A stretch of 64,000 nt of DNA, taken from Candidatus Hydrogenedentota bacterium (GTDB lineage Bacteria > Hydrogenedentota > Hydrogenedentia > Hydrogenedentales > SLHB01). The position numbers and the translations under genes were made by a program. This document shows positions 59,404-64,000 of the stretch, piece by piece. A model generated the notes under the pieces. It searched no databases. It was not told the DNA's origin and was given only the letters and a program-made list of their open reading frames with translations. The DNA lies in assembly GCA_963745075.1 (NCBI GenBank), contig CAVUWV010000036.1, forward strand, positions 96,001 to 160,000, given 5' to 3'. Every line of letters begins with the position of its first letter. The first letter of the stretch is position 1.

Positions 59404-59549
59404 GAGGGCGGGTTTTCAAACCCGCCGAACCAACGATCCCACGATCGCATTTCCAATCCAATTGGCAATTAGCCAAGATTACCTTCTTCAAACACAATGC
59501 CTTCCCCTTCCGTGCGGGCACTCGAAGGCGGGTAAGAAAACCCGCCCTC
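59404..59549. repeat. Inverted pair of REP-like hairpins
   Basis: GAGGGCGGGTTTTCAAACCCGCC ... GGCGGGTAAGAAAACCCGCCCTC. Confidence 0.8.
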
Positions 59550-59551
59550 TT

Positions 59552-60007
59552 TTACTTCCGCTTCTTCTTTCGGTAGACCTGCGGCAGCGTCCGCCCGGAC
59601 ACGTACGAGCGAGCCGGGTCGATGTAGAAGTGGTGGTGCAGGGCCGTCCGTCCAAGGAGCATGCGAAACAGCATGGAATCCCGGTTCGTGAGCGTAATCT
59701 CGATGGGCCACTCATGATCCCCGATCCGTATCGGCGTCTCGATGACCAACCGCCGTTCCCGATGACCGCCCGAATCACTCACGTAGCGCTCATCGACGAC
59801 ATCCGCTTCGCAAAAGATCTCGAGCGCAGTCTTGCGTTGCAGGGGATGTACCCCGAATCGGACCCGCCGCCTCCGTTTGACGTGGAACGTCTCCAAGGTG
59901 AAGGCGTGCAACGCCGAGGTCCGGGCCCCCGTGTCGATCTTCGCCTTCAACGCGGGAATTCCCAGTTCCGGCAGGGCCAGCCACTCGCGCCATCCCAGGA
60001 TGTTCAT
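59552..60007 (-). CDS. RimK-associated retropepsin-like ('ATP-dependent zinc') protease
   Basis: GWREW..LPELGI..LKAKIDTGARTSALHA, RMLLGR. Confidence 0.92.
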   Translation of the reverse strand: MNILGWREWLALPELGIPALKAKIDTGARTSALHAFTLETFHVKRRRRVRFGVHPLQRKTALEIFCEADVVDERYVSDSGGHRERRLVIETPIRIGDHEWPIEITLTNRDSMLFRMLLGRTALHHHFYIDPARSYVSGRTLPQVYRKKKRK

Positions 60008-60063
60008 CCGTTTCTCCGGGCTTTCGCCGTAATCTTCCGCAGGTTAATACGTTACCCTGCCCC

Positions 60064-60265
60064 GGATTTCTCACACGCACGGCACACCTACCGTGTAACT
60101 TCCCCAGGTACTTTAATCTCCAACTACGACCACGGTTTTTCGATTTGGCAGTGTGCGTGTGAGAATTCCTCGACAGTGAGCTTACCGTTTTTCTCGGGAG
60201 CATTTCTCACCGTACCCAAAAGTTATCGGTCCGCAAGACGACGGCTCTTGAGCGGTGAGAAATGC
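60064..60265. repeat. Two consecutive inverted-repeat elements sharing TTTCTCAC/GTGAGAA cores
   Basis: 60064-60080 pairs with 60153-60169 (1 mismatch); 60200-60212 pairs with 60253-60265 (perfect). Confidence 0.75.
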
Positions 60266-60663
60266 GGACTGCGAACCCATCGTACCCTCTCCCGGCAGAC
60301 CCACACAATATGTGGTGAATTGGGCCACATCGCCCCGGCCGCCCCCGTGGATATCGCTGAACGCCGTTTCCGGGTGTGCAGATTCGACACGAGTTGTGCA
60401 TTTAGGTTACGACTTTTCCGGAAGTTTATAACGTGTTCAGTGACAGCGTCTTGCTGTTCTGAAAGGCCGAAAATCCGTTAAGGCACCCGCGTTGAGCAAC
60501 GCCATTTTCCGCGCTGTAGCCAGTTCCGGCGACCGATGTGTTCTCAATGAGCACACCACCTCCCGGTATACCCCAAATCGAGTTCGTGCCAATTGGCGCC
60601 GCGCGACCACTTTCCGGCGTAACCCCCTGTAGTCGTGTACGTTGAAGCGATCCTGCCGCAGAT

Positions 60664-60678
60664 TGGCACCAATGTTGC
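60664..60678 (+). promoter_or_regulatory. Sigma54 -24/-12 promoter
   Basis: TGGCAC-CAATG-TTGC consensus match about 85 nt before the next CDS. Confidence 0.75.
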
Positions 60679-60761
60679 ACCTTCTTCCAACAGAACGCGT
60701 GTACTGCGTTCCGGCACATAGAAGGTCACAACAAATCGATAGCGGGATGGGACTGAGTGAA

Positions 60762-61157
60762 ATGAATGCTGAAGCGGCGCGCGAGAAACCGACGGCCTTG
60801 GTCGTCTACCCCCAACCGGGGAGAACCGAAGAATTGAAGCGAGATATCCCGGAATACCGCTGGGCGGAAGCGCCCAACCGCTGGCCCCAACAGCCCGCCG
60901 AATTGGGTCTGTCCCGGCCGCCGGATGTAATCGTGGTCGACGCGGAACAAGAAAGCGACGACCAGATTCTGAAGACCTGCGAGACGTTGCGAAACATGAC
61001 ACCGGTTCGGGATACGCCGGTGCTCGTGGCCATTTCCATGTACCGCATGCATCTCGGGAACCAGGTGAAACAGTATCCGCACACCAACATATTAATTTTC
61101 CCTATCGAAGACGCGGATCTGCGGCGGCAATTGACCGCGGCTTCGGACCACGTTTAG
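60762..61157 (+). CDS. Hypothetical protein, degenerate receiver-like domain
   Basis: PDVIVVD...TCETLR...DTPVLV...FPIEDADL pattern. Confidence 0.6.
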   Translation: MNAEAAREKPTALVVYPQPGRTEELKRDIPEYRWAEAPNRWPQQPAELGLSRPPDVIVVDAEQESDDQILKTCETLRNMTPVRDTPVLVAISMYRMHLGNQVKQYPHTNILIFPIEDADLRRQLTAASDHV

Positions 61158-61272
61158 GGATTGCCCCGGCCGCAAGACGGCCCATTGACCGGTATAGATA
61201 GCGGAGACCCAGACAAGGCACCCATGAGAGCGATCTCCAGTCCCCAATTCAACGGACAAGGAGGGTTTGGAT

Positions 61273-62028
61273 ATGTTACGCAGTTTGAAGGGATTATTCG
61301 GATATAACCTCGAAGCTATAGACGGACCCATCGGAACCGTCAAAGATTTCTACTTCGAGGACACGGATTGGTCGCTACGCTACCTCGTGGCGGACACCGG
61401 CACGTTCCTGCCCGGCCGCAAGGTGCTTATCGTCCCGGCCGCGCTGGGCAAACCCGACTGGGCGACGCGGCTCTTTCCGGTGAACCACACGAAAGACGAG
61501 ATCCGGCACAGCCCGGGCATCGAAAAAGATCAACCCGTATCGGAGCAAGTGGAAGCCGAACTCCACGAGTACTTCGAATGGGTGCCTTACTGGACGCCGG
61601 GTTTCCCATCGCCCGGTATGCCGACGCCGATCCCGCCGAAGTCGGAACGGCGAATCCCGCGGGAAGGCGAACATGACCCGCACTTGCGCAGCATGCGCGA
61701 GATCATCGGCTACCATGTAGCTTGCATCGACGACGGGATCGGGCACGTCTCGGACTTTATCGCCGAGATGACCTCCTGGACAATGAAATTGATGGTCGTC
61801 GACACCCGCAATTGGCTCCCCGGGAAACACGTGCTGCTCGCGAATGAATGGATCGAAAGCGTCGCGTGGGACGAACGGAAGGTCCATCTCGGTCTGCCCA
61901 AAGCTACGGTGAAAGACGCGCCGCCCTTCGATCCCACGGAACCCGTCAACGAGGAGTTCGAGATGCGGTTGTACGATTATTACGGACGGCCCAGCACGCG
62001 CGTGGAGAACCGTCATTCCGCACGGTAG
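61273..62028 (+). CDS. Tandem PRC-barrel domain protein
   Basis: Two units: IGTVKDFYF..WSLRYLVADTG.FLPGRKVL and IGHVSDF..W.MKLMVVDT.NWLPGKHVL; GGAGG RBS. Confidence 0.9.
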   Translation: MLRSLKGLFGYNLEAIDGPIGTVKDFYFEDTDWSLRYLVADTGTFLPGRKVLIVPAALGKPDWATRLFPVNHTKDEIRHSPGIEKDQPVSEQVEAELHEYFEWVPYWTPGFPSPGMPTPIPPKSERRIPREGEHDPHLRSMREIIGYHVACIDDGIGHVSDFIAEMTSWTMKLMVVDTRNWLPGKHVLLANEWIESVAWDERKVHLGLPKATVKDAPPFDPTEPVNEEFEMRLYDYYGRPSTRVENRHSAR

Positions 62029-64000
62029 GCCAATTCGAGATAATCGTCAAGCAACGTGACCGGTGTTTCACTACCGGTTGCAACACCTCTTCGGCGTTGG
62101 CGCCGGTCATCTTTTCGGCTTTGCCGTACCCGCCGCCCCCTGGAGTCTCAATGATGATGACATCCCCGGTCTCCACATCCAATGCCGCATGCCCGGGCAA
62201 CTCCGTCGTTTCTCCGTCGCGTTCGTGGGTGTTGCGGCCCGGTTGGCCCGGTTCGCCGCCGTCGACGCCGAAAGGTTGCGTGATGCGGCGTTCGGTCAAC
62301 AGTGAGACGGACATCGGTTCGCGAAACTCAATGCGGCGAATGACGCCGTCGCCACCCCGCCCTCGACCCTTCCCGCCGGACCCGCGACGGATACTGAACT
62401 CTTGTAGAATGACCGGGTACCGCAGTTCGAGCACTTCAGGATCGGTGATGCGGGTGTTGGTCATGTGGACGTGCACGGCGGACGCGCCAACAAACCCCGG
62501 ACCCGCACCCGCGCCACCGCAGATGGTTTCGTAGTAGCCAAAATCTTTGGTGCCGAAGCTGAAATTGTTCATCGTCCCCTGGCTCGCGGCAACCACGCCC
62601 AAGGCGCCGTACAACACATCGACCACCCGCTGCGAAGTCTCTACGTTTCCGCCCACGACAGCAGCGGGATACGTGGGGTTAAGCAGCGATCCCTCAGGGA
62701 TGCGGACTTCGATCGGATCGAGGCAGCCGCTGTTCAACGGAATGGGTTTGCCGATGAGCGTGCGGAATACGTAGAGCACGGCAGCGATAGTGACTGCCGG
62801 TGGCGCGTTCAGGTTGGTGTCGAGTTGCGCATCGGTGCCGGTGAAATCGACGATGGCGCGTTCGCCCTCGACCGTAATGGCGCACCGGATCGCCGCGCCG
62901 CTGTCGAGGTGATCCTCAAAGCGGTGGACGCCGTCCGGCAAGGCGCGGATGGCGTCGCGCATGGAGTCCGCCGCGTTCGCGCGGACGTGGCTCATGTACG
63001 CGCGCACAACGTCGACACCATACTGTGTGCAGAGGTCCCGCAACAGTCGCACGCCCGCGTTGTTCGCCGCAATCTGCGCGCGCAAATCGCTCAGACGTTC
63101 CGTCATGTTGCGCGCGGGATAGGGGCCTTCGCTAAGCTTGGCGACGATATCGCTTTCGTGGAACCGGCCCTCGGATACCAATTTGAAATTGTGCAGCACG
63201 ACGCCTTCCTCGTCGAGACTGCGCGAGAACGGCGGCATGGACCCCGGCGCGATACCGCCGATATCCGCGTGGTGTCCGCGATTGGCCACGAGAAACAGCA
63301 GTTCGTTGGACTCGGAAAACACGGGCGTCACGACCGTCACGTCGGGCAGGTGCGAACCGCCGTGATAAGGATCGTTGGTCACGTACACATCGCCCGGACG
63401 CATCCCGTCCGGATTCGCCTTTACCATGGCCTTCACGCTTTCGCCCATGGCGCCAAGATGCACGGGAATGTGCGGCGCGTTCGCGACCAGTTCGCCCGCA
63501 TCCGTGAAGATCGCGCAGGAAAAGTCGAGCCGTTCTTTGATGTTCACGCTATGGCTCACCCGTTCGAGGGTCGTGCCCATCTGATCGGCAATGGACATGA
63601 ACAGGTTGTTGAAGACCTCCAGCAGGACCGGATCGCATTCGGTCGCGACGCGTTCCCGCGCGATGCGTTCACTCGCCGTGAGCACGAGATGGCCGTGCGA
63701 ATTCACTTCCGCCGTCCAACCGGGATCGACCATGACCGTGGACACCACCTCCACAATCAGCGCGGGACCCGTCACGCGCATGCCGGGTTCAAGCCGCGCG
63801 CGTTCGTACACGGGCGTATCAACGGTTTCAAGCGCGCGCGTTCCGTCCTCGTGGAGTACATCGAAATGCACGGTCACCGTGTCGATGCGGAGATCGTCAG
63901 GAACGTCGCGCGGTTCGCAAGGCGCTTCCGGCTCATCCGGTTTGTCTGTGTGCCCGACCGTTTCGACGCGGATGTTTAAGATTTCAGTTGGATGGCCTTC
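61946..64000 (-). CDS. Hydantoinase/5-oxoprolinase fused A+B protein, 5' part outside window
   Basis: [65 protein letters not shown]. Confidence 0.93.
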   Translation of the reverse strand, partial: EGHPTEILNIRVETVGHTDKPDEPEAPCEPRDVPDDLRIDTVTVHFDVLHEDGTRALETVDTPVYERARLEPGMRVTGPALIVEVVSTVMVDPGWTAEVNSHGHLVLTASERIARERVATECDPVLLEVFNNLFMSIADQMGTTLERVSHSVNIKERLDFSCAIFTDAGELVANAPHIPVHLGAMGESVKAMVKANPDGMRPGDVYVTNDPYHGGSHLPDVTVVTPVFSESNELLFLVANRGHHADIGGIAPGSMPPFSRSLDEEGVVLHNFKLVSEGRFHESDIVAKLSEGPYPARNMTERLSDLRAQIAANNAGVRLLRDLCTQYGVDVVRAYMSHVRANAADSMRDAIRALPDGVHRFEDHLDSGAAIRCAITVEGERAIVDFTGTDAQLDTNLNAPPAVTIAAVLYVFRTLIGKPIPLNSGCLDPIEVRIPEGSLLNPTYPAAVVGGNVETSQRVVDVLYGALGVVAASQGTMNNFSFGTKDFGYYETICGGAGAGPGFVGASAVHVHMTNTRITDPEVLELRYPVILQEFSIRRGSGGKGRGRGGDGVIRRIEFREPMSVSLLTERRITQPFGVDGGEPGQPGRNTHERDGETTELPGHAALDVETGDVIIIETPGGGGYGKAEKMTGANAEEVLQPVVKHRSRCLTIISNWPTVRNDGSPRACWAVRNNRTTASRTPR

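Noticed and set aside
60587..60593. Divergent sigma54 promoter on the minus strand (TTGGCACG)
   Set aside because: The -12 GC element is absent at the required spacing
61946..62028. 83-nt convergent overlap of oxoprolinase and PRC-barrel genes
   Set aside because: The tail after GGGGYG looks non-conserved; likely stop loss or an indel error

Overview
High-GC bacterial chromosomal window. Planctomycete-type DUF1553/DUF1501 genes, a PEP-CTERM protein and DUF1080 suggest a PVC-like or Hydrogenedentota-like organism (inference only). It holds about 55 CDS, one tRNA-Glu(TTC), three sigma54 promoters and many REP-like inverted-repeat elements; no CRISPR, rRNA or transposase was seen. Best candidate for an undescribed system (12.1-21.3 kb, minus strand): an operon of ExeA-like AAA ATPase, TM-TPR-LysM protein, a Wza-type polysaccharide-export domain fused to a complete secretin, Wzc tyrosine autokinase and an O-antigen ligase/Wzy-family protein. 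This suggests a Wzy-type pathway using a secretin as outer-membrane pore, next to a divergent FHA-GAF-HD-GYP gene. Also notable: two tandem ~51-aa Cys peptides with a shared leader, missed by the ORF track (7.58-8.0 kb); a sigma54-driven Gly/Gln/Arg-repeat secreted protein with a ZraSR-like two-component pair; DprE1/DprE2 homologues; arsR-arsM; hicBA; and a RimK-TrkA_C cluster. Five genes carry about ten apparent +1 insertions that look like sequencing error. All calls come from motif reading, without database searches.
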